Below are positions 9,881-19,539 of a stretch of 64,000 bases of DNA, piece after piece. The notes below the pieces were generated by a model. The model saw only the letters and a program-made list of their open reading frames with translations. It was not told the origin of the DNA and ran no database searches. The stretch spans positions 80,726-144,725 of the forward strand of contig JAQBRA010000005.1 in NCBI GenBank assembly GCA_028286685.1, written 5' to 3'. Position 1 is the first letter of the stretch. Each line of letters begins with the position of its first letter. The translations under genes were made by a program, and so were the position numbers. This stretch comes from Candidatus Adlerbacteria bacterium. GTDB taxonomy: Bacteria; Patescibacteriota; Minisyncoccia; Phycocordibacterales; SBAW01.

Positions 9881-12226
9881 TTATTTATTTTCTGCTGGCT
9901 TTCCGTTTCTTGTTTTCTTGATTACGTCCCGTATGGGATTTTTTTTATCTCTGAAGTTAGTTAAGTTTTTGTTTAGCTGTGCGATAGGTTTAAGACTCTC
10001 CTCAAGTTTGGCAGGCATTTCCCCCATAGTTTCTATCAGCTTTCCTACTTGTTCCGCAAGATTTTTCGTTTGTGAATCATGCGGAGTGGATTGAGATGGC
10101 TGAGTTTTCGGCTGATCTTTGGTTTTATCAGTAGGGATAGTAGTAGAGGCTGATGATGCGGGATTTTGCGCCTGTGAGGGATTAGGGATAGTGGTCAGCG
10201 GAGCAGGATGAGAAGAAGTTTCGCCTGAGCCGCCAAGGTTTTTAATAAGATTAAGGATACGCGTTTTGTCGTCCTTAGAGTCGCGCATTTTCGCGGCAGC
10301 CTCCTTATCTCCTCTAGAAATTAAGCCTGGTATGCCTGAACTTCCGATTCCGCCCATATTCTGCCAGCTTAGTTTGTCCATCTTGCCGATAAATTCCTTT
10401 GAGTAGTCTCCTCCCGCCAACTTCTTGGCTTTCTTTATGACCTCTGTCCTATTTATGATCTCACTATAAGCTTTTTTCTTTGCCTTAACTTCCTCTGTAG
10501 TTGCTTCTCCGTTCTTATGGTCTTCCTGTGCATCGGCATATTCTTTTGCCGCTTTTGCTAAGGCATCTTTATCTCCTGAAGACAATCCTCCAAGAGCGTT
10601 CTTGTACGCCTGATCGAGTTCGTAGTCGGACGGTTTTAGGGCTCTTGCCTGCTTCTCGCGCAAGGCAGTCCTTGTTGCGACCGCTCCGGCGTAGCCATCT
10701 TTGCCTCCTGCTTCGGCAGTGTCTATGCCCAACTTCCCAAGCCCGGTACGCACGCCCGGAGCGGCGCGCATGTCAAATGAGCTTTTTCCGATGCCTGTTA
10801 AGGCGCTCTGGAGTAGCCTGCCGGGAGCATACTGAGCGCCTGCGCGTATGGCAGAGCTTTGAGAAAGTGCGTAACCTCCGGCACCAAAGGTGTTGCGAGC
10901 TAAGGCACCAGCACTGCCGAAGGCTGCGCTGGTGCCTGCACGGCCCGCCCATCCGGTAACGGTGTGCGCAACGCCCGCGCCCTGCACGCCGATATATTCA
11001 GATGCCTTGAGCGCGATATAAAGCATAGCCACCACAAAACCGAGCCGGATGCCTACGTTGGCAACCTGGCTAGCTATAAAGGTAAAGCCGTTCAGGTTAT
11101 TAGCTGAGTTGTTAAGGTCGGTCGCCAGGCCGGCCAATATGCCGTTTTTTGTTCCTAACCCAGTCATGACCGTGTTTATAAACAGGAATATAAAGAGGAA
11201 TGCCGCCGGATAAAAGGTATGAGATATAAGCTCGTGCTGCCACCGGTCATACCAGCTGGACACCGAGTCTTTAGGCACTGCCTTGGCGATAAACGCCAGA
11301 GGCGCCGCGATAATAAGGAACCAGAGCACCACTATGCGCACCAAAAACTTGATCCCGACCGCCAAGAACATGGCCGCAAGGATAAAATAGCAGGCACCGA
11401 CCATTATGTAGAGGAAGGACAGGATGATGAATTTCGTGCCAAACCCGCTTGCTTTGGCAAACTGCTGGAAGTTCTTGTCGGCAAAAAGCTCCTCTATACT
11501 AAGCGTCTTCATGATGCCTGCAGTAAGGTCTTTGGTGTGCTCAAAGACGCCATTAGGGCTGAGTTTGCTTGCGATGCCGGCTGCAGCGTTAGCGAGCGTT
11601 CCTGTGTTTGCGCTGGTTTCGCTAACAGTCGACAACATAGTGGGCGCATCTATGGCGTTATAAAACTGCACGGCTAAGATATTGCCTGCGTCGATGACCA
11701 CGCGGGTCAAAAAGAAGCTAAAGTTGATAATGAGCGCGATAAATATCACTCCCGCCAAGAGCCGTATGGTGCCCGGGGTCTCCGCCTGAAACATGATCAT
11801 AAAGGCGATGTAAACCAAGATGAGGATAAAGCCCATGTTGGCCAGGTCGCGTGCGGTGCCCCAGCCTGATGAGAGGAAGTCGAGCGCATAAGCCGAGCTA
11901 TTAAGCGAGAGCGATACTGTCATGTCAAATATAAACCCGCCGACGTAGGCTAGTCCGCTGCCAAGGCCTACCGTAAAGACATAGACAATGTTGGCCAGAC
12001 AGTTGGACATGTCTGAAATTTCGCACTTAAGTCCGTCGCCGGTGTCTTGGCCGGCCGGTGTCTTGCTGGTAGGCGGGGTACCGCTTGCGGTGCCGATTTG
12101 TTGAGCGTGCGCAGACGGAATTGTCAGGACCTGGAAAAAGGGAGAAAAGGTTATCGTCGCTAGTACCAATGCAAAACCCGTCTTGCTGGCGTACTGGAGA
12201 AGTTTTTTTGTAAGATTGGTAGGCAC
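9881..12226 (-). CDS. VirB6/TrbL-like polytopic membrane protein with long C-terminal tail
   Basis: GWGTARDLANMGFI, ALIINFSFFLTRVVIDAGN, RIVVLWFLIIAAPLAF; probable GTG start at 12226. Confidence 0.75.
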   Translation of the reverse strand: MPTNLTKKLLQYASKTGFALVLATITFSPFFQVLTIPSAHAQQIGTASGTPPTSKTPAGQDTGDGLKCEISDMSNCLANIVYVFTVGLGSGLAYVGGFIFDMTVSLSLNSSAYALDFLSSGWGTARDLANMGFILILVYIAFMIMFQAETPGTIRLLAGVIFIALIINFSFFLTRVVIDAGNILAVQFYNAIDAPTMLSTVSETSANTGTLANAAAGIASKLSPNGVFEHTKDLTAGIMKTLSIEELFADKNFQQFAKASGFGTKFIILSFLYIMVGACYFILAAMFLAVGIKFLVRIVVLWFLIIAAPLAFIAKAVPKDSVSSWYDRWQHELISHTFYPAAFLFIFLFINTVMTGLGTKNGILAGLATDLNNSANNLNGFTFIASQVANVGIRLGFVVAMLYIALKASEYIGVQGAGVAHTVTGWAGRAGTSAAFGSAGALARNTFGAGGYALSQSSAIRAGAQYAPGRLLQSALTGIGKSSFDMRAAPGVRTGLGKLGIDTAEAGGKDGYAGAVATRTALREKQARALKPSDYELDQAYKNALGGLSSGDKDALAKAAKEYADAQEDHKNGEATTEEVKAKKKAYSEIINRTEVIKKAKKLAGGDYSKEFIGKMDKLSWQNMGGIGSSGIPGLISRGDKEAAAKMRDSKDDKTRILNLIKNLGGSGETSSHPAPLTTIPNPSQAQNPASSASTTIPTDKTKDQPKTQPSQSTPHDSQTKNLAEQVGKLIETMGEMPAKLEESLKPIAQLNKNLTNFRDKKNPIRDVIKKTRNGKPAENK

Positions 12227-12231
12227 GTAAG

Positions 12232-14100
12232 TTAGGCGCCAAGGGCGCGGCACTCTGCAAGCGAAGCGTTGGTTTGTTGGTTGCGGGCGGCAAGTTCTGT
12301 CTGGAGTGTGGTGCGATTCTGCTGCGCAGTGGTTATGTCTGCCTGGGTTAGGAAAGATCCCTGGGCTGCGGCAGACGAAATGGCGGAAGCGGCGGCCGAA
12401 ACCTCCTCGGGCGTTGTTGCAAACATAACCTGCGATTGCATATTTTGTATAAGGCCCAGAGAGGCATTTGATCGGGTTATTTCATCGTTGTAGGCAGTAA
12501 TGCGGACCTCGAGTGCGGTCTGGGCCGAGTCCAGGCTCGCTGCCTTGTCGGCGGCGCTCGCCTGCTGCGATGAGTTGAGCGCGGTTGATGAGGCGGCGGT
12601 GCTCCAGCAGTTAAAGGCCATATTAAGCCCCGACTGCGCACCTTGGATATCGGCAATGCTCCCCTGCTCTACGTTGGCATACTGTCCCGCATAGCCCAGA
12701 TAGCCTTGGAGCTCGCTCAAAAGCCCCTGTGCCTGCGCGCTTGCTGCCTGGTCTATGGCGGGAGTAAGTGGGTTGGTAACGCCAAGCGAATTGCCGAGCC
12801 CGCCGTACAGCGTCTTTATCATCACTTGGTTGGTAAGCGCCCTGATAATGTCATTTATGTTCTGCGACAGGTTAAGTCCCTGTATAGGCGAGGCGAGACT
12901 GGTGTTAAGTGATTGCTGTATGACTTCGCCCGGGGTGGTTACCTTGCAATTACCCTTCGCCACGCTCTCTCCCTTGCTTGCGTCGCACTTCTGGAGCGAT
13001 ATGAACCCGCCCGGAGAGACATTGCGGTTGGCATTGGCCTGCGCATTATTTACGTAGTTACTAAGCTGTCCGTTTATGGAAGAATAAGCGCCAAACTGGT
13101 TATTTGCCGGCGAGGTGGTCATCTGAAGCATCCTACCCCATCCATTTATGTTATTAGTAACTTTACTAAGGGTGCAAGCGGCCCCATTGGCATTATTTCG
13201 GTTAGCGTAGCTCTGCGCCACGGCGATCTTTATCTGCGGCGCAAACGGCGAGCAGAGGAAGGAAAGTGCGGAGCTTTTGAGAAACTCCCCTGCCGCCTGG
13301 TCGGCAACGTTCGCAAAGTACTGGTTAAAGTTGGTAACAAAAGACGGCTTTCCGTTGAAGCCCGAGTTTATCCAGGTAACGATGCTCCGGGTTATCTGGT
13401 CTATGGCAGCCTGCGCAATAGTCTTAACAAGGCACTCTTCGACGCTCTTAAACTTAGTGTTATTGAGCTTTGCGCTCGAATTAAAGTCGAATACGACCAC
13501 GTAGGGTCCGGCTCCAGCCAAGGATTTGGGGCCGTCCGTGGTTGCCTGCAAGTTTCCCGATATCTCGTATGCCAAGTACTGCGCAAGGCACCCGGCTGCT
13601 GCAAGCCCTAGCACAAGCCCTGAGGTACCCAAGCCTGCCGCCTGTGGCGTAGTTGATATAAGAGGAGTGCCGCTAATGCCAGCGGTAGAGTTTATCTGGT
13701 TTATTTCCGCGGCAGTAAAGGCGCGCTCGGTTACGGTCGTGTTGATACCTCCTCCTACCCATGCGGCGCTTTGATTGCCGCCTTGAGAGGAGTTTGCAGA
13801 GCCTGTCTGCGAGTCCGAGTTTGATCCCGAACTTCCCTGCGACCCGGTGTCTATCCCGCTACCGGTTATGTCGATACCATCCAAGCCTCCGGTGTCGGTG
13901 CCTGGGATAGTGGAGGGTGTGTTGCTCGGGTCTCCTGATCCAAGCGAGCCGCTCGGGCCGCGGTCACTCGAGGTGCCAAAGCCGCTTGGGTTTTGGGTGG
14001 TAACAGCCGGTTCCCGGTTAAGGAGCCAGAACCACAATATGCCGAGCAGCGCCAAGAAGAGCAGTGCCCCTCCGATGATGAATATGATCTTCCTGGTCAT
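12232..14100 (-). CDS. Membrane-anchored protein of the T4SS-like cluster (Gly/Ser-rich linker, Cys pairs, helical C-terminus)
   Basis: MTRKIIFII TM; IVTWINSGFNGKPSFVTN and LCSPF motifs. Confidence 0.75.
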   Translation of the reverse strand: MTRKIIFIIGGALLFLALLGILWFWLLNREPAVTTQNPSGFGTSSDRGPSGSLGSGDPSNTPSTIPGTDTGGLDGIDITGSGIDTGSQGSSGSNSDSQTGSANSSQGGNQSAAWVGGGINTTVTERAFTAAEINQINSTAGISGTPLISTTPQAAGLGTSGLVLGLAAAGCLAQYLAYEISGNLQATTDGPKSLAGAGPYVVVFDFNSSAKLNNTKFKSVEECLVKTIAQAAIDQITRSIVTWINSGFNGKPSFVTNFNQYFANVADQAAGEFLKSSALSFLCSPFAPQIKIAVAQSYANRNNANGAACTLSKVTNNINGWGRMLQMTTSPANNQFGAYSSINGQLSNYVNNAQANANRNVSPGGFISLQKCDASKGESVAKGNCKVTTPGEVIQQSLNTSLASPIQGLNLSQNINDIIRALTNQVMIKTLYGGLGNSLGVTNPLTPAIDQAASAQAQGLLSELQGYLGYAGQYANVEQGSIADIQGAQSGLNMAFNCWSTAASSTALNSSQQASAADKAASLDSAQTALEVRITAYNDEITRSNASLGLIQNMQSQVMFATTPEEVSAAASAISSAAAQGSFLTQADITTAQQNRTTLQTELAARNQQTNASLAECRALGA

Positions 14101-14117
14101 GACAATAGCAGGGCGCC

Positions 14118-14990
14118 TTAGGATGCGGATAGGAACGTGTCCCATGCCGCGCCCGGTTCGTCCTTAGTAAAAAGTATACCGCCCTTCTTAAGAGCCTCGG
14201 CTATGTTTGTTAATATACGCCCTGCTTCGCCCATAAGCGCCTGGTATTTTTGCAGCGCGGCGACTCCCCGCAGCGGATCGTCTATCGCTTTGCTCATATC
14301 CGGATACGCGGCGGCAATTCCGTAAATGTTCTGCACCACCTGAGAATGGAGGGGCGAGAGCGTTCTAGGTACTTCCAAGGCAGCTAACTCGTCGGCAATG
14401 GCTTTATACTCGCGTCCGATAGGCGCCAGCGCCGCCAATTGGGCAGTATCAGCAGCGCCAGCCATTGCTACGTAAGTTGCTTCGGAGCTAGCTTTTGGAT
14501 GTCCGGCAAAAACTTGCATAACGGCGTTGCCGTAGGCACGCAGCGTAAGATCGGATGATTCGACGAGGGTGAGAGTGGGAGCTTTCGGTGCAATTTGTGA
14601 AGCGTTAATGCGCCCAATTGCCTCGGCGACGATGCTATCTTGGGTCGGAATATCGTCACCGAGGCCTTGTACTCCGGCGTTCGTCAGCCGTACCAGGAGA
14701 CTGCGCCCTATAGAGTCGGTCAAATTGTCGCTTTGAGCGTCTGCAATCAAGGTTTCTATTGTGCCTTGGCTGGGCGTGTCGGGGAGCGATATGCCGCTTT
14801 CTGCCTGTATTTGGGCCAATGCCCGCTCCCATTCGTCGTCCTGGAAGGCATTTTCTGCACTGGCAAGCACTGCCGGTGCGTTTTTTGAGGAGGCGTAGTA
14901 TTGCGCGGCGGCTACCGCTCCCCCGGATATGGCGAGGGCGCCCACAACGACCATGAATTGAGCAGAAGGAAGATACGTACGGACACTCAT
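14118..14990 (-). CDS. Membrane-anchored hypothetical protein, first gene of the cluster
   Basis: YLPSAQF plus TM; TATACT just upstream of ATG. Confidence 0.75.
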   Translation of the reverse strand: MSVRTYLPSAQFMVVVGALAISGGAVAAAQYYASSKNAPAVLASAENAFQDDEWERALAQIQAESGISLPDTPSQGTIETLIADAQSDNLTDSIGRSLLVRLTNAGVQGLGDDIPTQDSIVAEAIGRINASQIAPKAPTLTLVESSDLTLRAYGNAVMQVFAGHPKASSEATYVAMAGAADTAQLAALAPIGREYKAIADELAALEVPRTLSPLHSQVVQNIYGIAAAYPDMSKAIDDPLRGVAALQKYQALMGEAGRILTNIAEALKKGGILFTKDEPGAAWDTFLSAS

Positions 14991-15014
14991 TTGTCCTTAG
15001 TATATAATGAAAAG

Positions 15015-15389
15015 ATGCATAACCTTCTCCGTGTTCTAGTAGTCTTCAGTATTATCGGTGCTTTTACGGTTCCTTTTTCTGCTTCTGCAATCGCTTTTCT
15101 TCCTTTTGGAGGCCGGGTCGTTACTCCTATTCCCTGCGTGTCAGGAGAAGGACCGTCTTGGTTTATCACTATAGTTCCCTTCGGTCTGCCGGGCACTATT
15201 CCGGTAACATTTATTTGGACTCCTCTTACCCTAACCAGTACGATCCCCCCTATTCCGTCAAAGCCGCCCTATCGCCCTGGGCAGCAATTACTGGGCACGT
15301 ATATTCCAGGAGGATTTCAAATCTGTATGGTAGGCAAGGTGCCCCTGACTGGCTTGAGGATGTTTACGGTAAATACGGAACTCTTTTAA
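15015..15389 (+). CDS. Small secreted Pro-rich protein
   Basis: Signal peptide; PFGGRV...C...PGQQLLG...C; TATAAT 6 nt before ATG 15015. Confidence 0.65.
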   Translation: MHNLLRVLVVFSIIGAFTVPFSASAIAFLPFGGRVVTPIPCVSGEGPSWFITIVPFGLPGTIPVTFIWTPLTLTSTIPPIPSKPPYRPGQQLLGTYIPGGFQICMVGKVPLTGLRMFTVNTELF

Positions 15390-16135
15390 CTAGCCGCCAG
15401 CGCGAGCCAAGCTTCAAGCAGCACATCCTCGGCGCGCGCCTTGGCGGGTATGCCGGCTTCTTCTAGGTGTTGCATATAGCCAGCGCCCAGCAGTTCTTTT
15501 AGGTTGCTCGCGAGCAGTTTTCTTTTCTGCCCGAAGCCTGTGCGCAGGAGTTCAAAAAACCGCTCCTCGTCCTTTTCGCTTTTAAAATTGCTACGGGAAA
15601 TGCCTGAAATAAGCAGGATAGCCGAGTCGACTTTGGGCGGCGGCACGAACGCGCCCGCCGGCACGGTCTTTATATAGGAAGGGGTGCCGTACGCTTTTAT
15701 TGAAAGAGAGAGAATGCTTTCTTTTTTGCTGCGCGCGATGCGCTCGGCGACTTCCTTCTGTATTAAGAAAACTAAAGATGATGGCTGGTTAATGCCCGAT
15801 AGAAACTTTTTAAACAGCGCGCCGGTAATGTAGTACGGGATGTTGCCGACTACTTTGTAGTTCTTAAACGCGGGCTCGTACTCCAGGGCGTCGCCTTCTA
15901 TAACCTCGAACTTTTCTCTGGAGAATTTTTCTTCCAGTAAATTTATGAGCCGGGAATCTTTTTCAAGCGCGACTACTTTTGCTCCGCGCTCAAGCAGTAC
16001 TTGGGTCAGTGCGCCTTCGCCGGGACCAATCTCGAGCACCATGTCCCCTTTTACAAGATTGGCCGCATCAGCCACCAAGTTAAGGTAGTGCTTATTGTGC
16101 AAAAAATGCTGGCCGAGTGATTTTTTCTTCTCCAT
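15386..16135 (-). CDS. rsmA: 16S rRNA dimethyladenosine transferase RsmA/KsgA
   Basis: KKSLGQHFL, VLEIGPGEG, GNIPYYIT, FVPPPKVDS. Confidence 0.96.
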   Translation of the reverse strand: MEKKKSLGQHFLHNKHYLNLVADAANLVKGDMVLEIGPGEGALTQVLLERGAKVVALEKDSRLINLLEEKFSREKFEVIEGDALEYEPAFKNYKVVGNIPYYITGALFKKFLSGINQPSSLVFLIQKEVAERIARSKKESILSLSIKAYGTPSYIKTVPAGAFVPPPKVDSAILLISGISRSNFKSEKDEERFFELLRTGFGQKRKLLASNLKELLGAGYMQHLEEAGIPAKARAEDVLLEAWLALAAS

Positions 16136-18033
16136 TAGTCTAAGTATATGGTCTTGCCCAGCTTCTCCGGGGTTTCGGCAAACAGGAGCTCGCCCGGCAG
16201 CTCCTGCAGGAAGGATGAGGCGGTACGCATGTCGAGGTTACCGAATACGGTGCGCATCATTGCAAACGAGAGGTACAGTTTTTTCTCTGCACGGGTAATA
16301 GCCACATACATCAGTCGGCGCTCCTCCTCTACCCCGCTCGAGGCGTCCTCCTCTCTCGCGTACGGGAACAGTCCTTCCTCGAGCCCGACGATAAACACAT
16401 ATGGAAATTCCAGGCCTTTGGCGGCGTGCACGGTCATAAGCCGCACGCGGTTCTGCTCCTCTTTTATCTCGTCCTGGTCGCTCGCCAAGGCAGCGCTCTC
16501 CAGGAACTGCTCAAGTCCTTCTGGTACTGGCAATGCATCGTAGCGGCTCGCCAAGGACACAAGCTCGGCGAGGTTCTCCAGCCGCTCTGCGCCCTCGATC
16601 TTATCTTCCTTGAACGCTTTCTCCATGCCGCTCTCCACCACGACCATGCGCACCAGTAGCGATGGCTGCAGTGCCTCCGCGCTCCTGCGGATTTTCTCAA
16701 GCAATGCGCGCATGCCGCCGATGCGCTCGCGCATCTTCAGCGGCAGCGCCGCTTCCTGCCCCGACAATATTTTTACCTTGGTTACTTTGCCTATGCCGGG
16801 CAGGGTGTCGATGACGCGGCCCAAGTCGGCCGGCGTTTCCTGTATCGCCGCGCGTATAAAAGAAAGCGCGTCCTTGACCTCTTTGCGCTCAAAGAAGCGC
16901 GTGCCCAGCACCTGGTACGGTATGTCCGCTGCGAGGAGCTTCTCTTCCAGTGCGCGCGATTGGAAGTTGGCGCGGTACAAAATGGCGATGTTCTGGCACC
17001 GGGTCCCCTCCTGGCGCAGCTCCGCTATCTTGCGCGCCACAAAGAGCGCTTCGTCTCCCCCGTCGCCCGCTATATATAAGGAGATGGGCGCTCCCGCTTC
17101 CTTACCGGTAAACAGGTTCTTAAACGGCCGGTTCTGGTTGTTAGAAATCAGTTCGTTGGCCGCATCGAGTATGTTCTTAGTCGAGCGATAGTTCTCTTCC
17201 AAGAGGACTGCGCGCGCCTGCGGATACTTTTTCTCAAAGTGCAGGATGTTTTCTATCTTGGCGCCCCGCCATCCGTAAATGGTCTGGTCCGGATCGCCCA
17301 CCACGCAGATATTCTTTTTCGGTCCTATAAGCATCTCGGCCAGGTGCTCCTGCACCGCGTTGGTATCCTGATATTCATCTATATGTACGTAGCGCCAGCG
17401 CTCCTGGTAGTGCGCCCGAATTTCGGGATGCTTTTTCAGGAGCTCGACCGCGCGCAGCAGCAGGTCGTCAAAGTCCACTGCGCCGTCCTCGCGCAGGGTC
17501 TTCTCATACAGCGCCCAGGCGCTGGCGATAGTCCGCTCCCTGAAGCTGCCGGCGGTCTCGGTGTATTCGCCCAAAGATATCCCCTCTCCCTTGGCGCGCG
17601 ATATGGCGCCCAAGACCATTCGGGGCTCAAACTCTACCTCGCCTACGGCTTTGATGGCCGCCTTTATCTCGCGCAGGCAGTCCGCCCGGTCGTAAATTGC
17701 CGGGGTGCGCTTGTACCCCAGGAGCTTGGCATGCTCCTTTATAATAGACAGCCCTAGCGAGTGAAAGGTCGAGACAAAAGGCGTTCCTCCCCCTGCCTGG
17801 CCGTATTCGGCCAAGAGTGCGGCCACCCGCTGCCGCATTTCCCCCGCCGCCTTGTTGGTAAAGGTGATAGCCAGGACCTCCTGGGGCTTAGCCCCTTGCC
17901 GGATAATCTCCAAAATTCGGTGGGCAATGACCCGGGTTTTGCCTGCTCCGGCTCCGGCCAAGACCAGGAGCGGTCCGTCTATTGCCAAAACAGCCTCTCG
18001 TTGCGCACTGTTTAAACCGTCGAGATGGTTCAT
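16135..18033 (-). CDS. pcrA: UvrD/PcrA superfamily 1 DNA helicase
   Basis: AGAGAGKT, DEYQDTN, GDPDQTIYGWRGA, NYRST, MTVHAAKGLEF, EERRLMYVAITRA. Confidence 0.94.
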   Translation of the reverse strand: MNHLDGLNSAQREAVLAIDGPLLVLAGAGAGKTRVIAHRILEIIRQGAKPQEVLAITFTNKAAGEMRQRVAALLAEYGQAGGGTPFVSTFHSLGLSIIKEHAKLLGYKRTPAIYDRADCLREIKAAIKAVGEVEFEPRMVLGAISRAKGEGISLGEYTETAGSFRERTIASAWALYEKTLREDGAVDFDDLLLRAVELLKKHPEIRAHYQERWRYVHIDEYQDTNAVQEHLAEMLIGPKKNICVVGDPDQTIYGWRGAKIENILHFEKKYPQARAVLLEENYRSTKNILDAANELISNNQNRPFKNLFTGKEAGAPISLYIAGDGGDEALFVARKIAELRQEGTRCQNIAILYRANFQSRALEEKLLAADIPYQVLGTRFFERKEVKDALSFIRAAIQETPADLGRVIDTLPGIGKVTKVKILSGQEAALPLKMRERIGGMRALLEKIRRSAEALQPSLLVRMVVVESGMEKAFKEDKIEGAERLENLAELVSLASRYDALPVPEGLEQFLESAALASDQDEIKEEQNRVRLMTVHAAKGLEFPYVFIVGLEEGLFPYAREEDASSGVEEERRLMYVAITRAEKKLYLSFAMMRTVFGNLDMRTASSFLQELPGELLFAETPEKLGKTIYLD

Positions 18034-18120
18034 ATACCTAAAGTAGCGCGAAAACCCTTAATTTACAACCATTTTTCGGGATTTTATCCCCTTTTTATGC
18101 ACAGAGTTCATAATCGTTGG

Positions 18121-18149
18121 TTGACGTGCCAATTCATGCTGGCTACAGT
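18121..18149 (+). promoter_or_regulatory. Sigma70-type promoter for the LysM-M23 gene
   Basis: TTGACG-17 bp-TACAGT; DnaA-box-like TTATCCCCT and TTATGCACA just upstream. Confidence 0.6.
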
Positions 18150-18241
18150 TACCTATGTGCTGGGAGGGAGCTTAAATTTGGCTCAATAGAGCCATTTTTT
18201 AGCGGAATGACGCAGAAATCACGTTAAAACTGCCTCAAGTT

Positions 18242-19372
18242 TTGATAGTGAACCCAGTACAACCTGCTTTGTCACAAAAAAAACTCACTCCTTCTCCTCG
18301 GGACGCTCGGTCCTTTGCGGGGAAGCTCAAAAAAGCCGTTGTGTACTTGCTGCTCGCTAGCGGGTCATCTTCGGGGCTATTGGTCCCCACTGCCGCCTCG
18401 GCCGGCTTCTTTTCCATATCTACTCTCTTAGAGAGGATAACGCCGCAGGCAAGTGCTGCGGCCCCGTCCCAGAACTCCCAGAATGTTCCCCTGTTGGCCC
18501 CCGCTACCAATATCGACCCTAATCCGTCGATTGGCGGCGGTGATGTAAGCGTAGTGGGAGGCTCGGCCCTCATGGCCCAGGAAGGCCCTTCCGGTACCGC
18601 AGCCGATATCGCGGCTCGGCCCCAGTCCTCGGCAGTAAGCGTATATACTGTCCATGCCGGCGACAGCCTCGGCGCCATTGCACAGATGTTTGGCGTGTCA
18701 GTTAACACGATCAAGTGGGCCAACGACCTAAAGAGCGGCACGATCCATGAGGGGCAGGAGCTGGTGATCCTTCCGGTCAGCGGCGTGCGCCACAAGGTCC
18801 AGAAGGGCGACACGGTCGCTTCGCTCGCCAAGAAGTATCAGGCGCAAGAAGAAGAGATCCGTGAGCATAACGACATCGTGGGCAATCTTGTGGTCGGCCA
18901 GGAACTTCTGATACCTAACGGGACACTCGCTTCGGCGCCTGCCGCCAAGCCCGCAGCTGCAGTCAAGAAAACCGGATCGGGCGCGGGCGCCTCGGTTGCC
19001 GCAGGCGGTCCGGCAATTTCCGGCTACTACGGCTGGCCGGTAGCGGGCGGCATCATTACGCAGGGCATCCACGGATACAACGGTATTGATATCGGCGCAC
19101 CCAACGGAACTACTATATTCGCTGCAGCCGCCGGTACGGTCGTGGTCGCTATCTCCAACGGCGGCTACAACGGCGGCTACGGCAACTATGTGGTGGTCCA
19201 GCATGCAAACGGCACGCAGACGCTGTACGCGCACATGAGCCGCGTGCTTGCCACCCAGGGAGCGGCAGTCGGCAAGGGCGAGGTCATCGGTCTCGTCGGC
19301 AGCACTGGACGCTCGACCGGCAACCACTTGCACTTCGAGGTTCGCGGCGCCGCCAACCCGTTCGCGAGATAA
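18242..19372 (+). CDS. LysM-domain M23 peptidase (start uncertain)
   Basis: Two LysM repeats (YTVHAGDSL, HKVQKGDTV); HGYNGIDI, YAHM, GRSTGNHLHFEV. Confidence 0.92.
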   Translation: MIVNPVQPALSQKKLTPSPRDARSFAGKLKKAVVYLLLASGSSSGLLVPTAASAGFFSISTLLERITPQASAAAPSQNSQNVPLLAPATNIDPNPSIGGGDVSVVGGSALMAQEGPSGTAADIAARPQSSAVSVYTVHAGDSLGAIAQMFGVSVNTIKWANDLKSGTIHEGQELVILPVSGVRHKVQKGDTVASLAKKYQAQEEEIREHNDIVGNLVVGQELLIPNGTLASAPAAKPAAAVKKTGSGAGASVAAGGPAISGYYGWPVAGGIITQGIHGYNGIDIGAPNGTTIFAAAAGTVVVAISNGGYNGGYGNYVVVQHANGTQTLYAHMSRVLATQGAAVGKGEVIGLVGSTGRSTGNHLHFEVRGAANPFAR

Positions 19373-19390
19373 TTCAAAAATACATAAAAT

Positions 19391-19427
19391 AAAACAACCG
19401 CTGAATTTTGTTCAGCGGTTGTTTTTT
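19391..19427. terminator. Bidirectional intrinsic terminator
   Basis: AAAACAACCGCTGAA-TTTTG-TTCAGCGGTTGTTTT. Confidence 0.8.
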
Positions 19428-19434
19428 GTGTGGA

Positions 19435-19533
19435 GCAAAAGAGGTTTGGCGGAGGCTCCGCAAGTGTGACGACACGAGGCTTGAGGAAATTTTTAGCAAA
19501 AAATTATCCGTACTCCGCCAGGCCTGCTTTTGC
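19435..19533. repeat. About 100-bp foldback (imperfect inverted repeat) element
   Basis: GCAAAAGAGGTTTGGCGGAG ... CTCCGCCAGGCCTGCTTTTGC enclosing an AATTTTT-AGC-AAAAAATT hairpin. Confidence 0.55.
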
Positions 19534-19539
19534 AAAACT

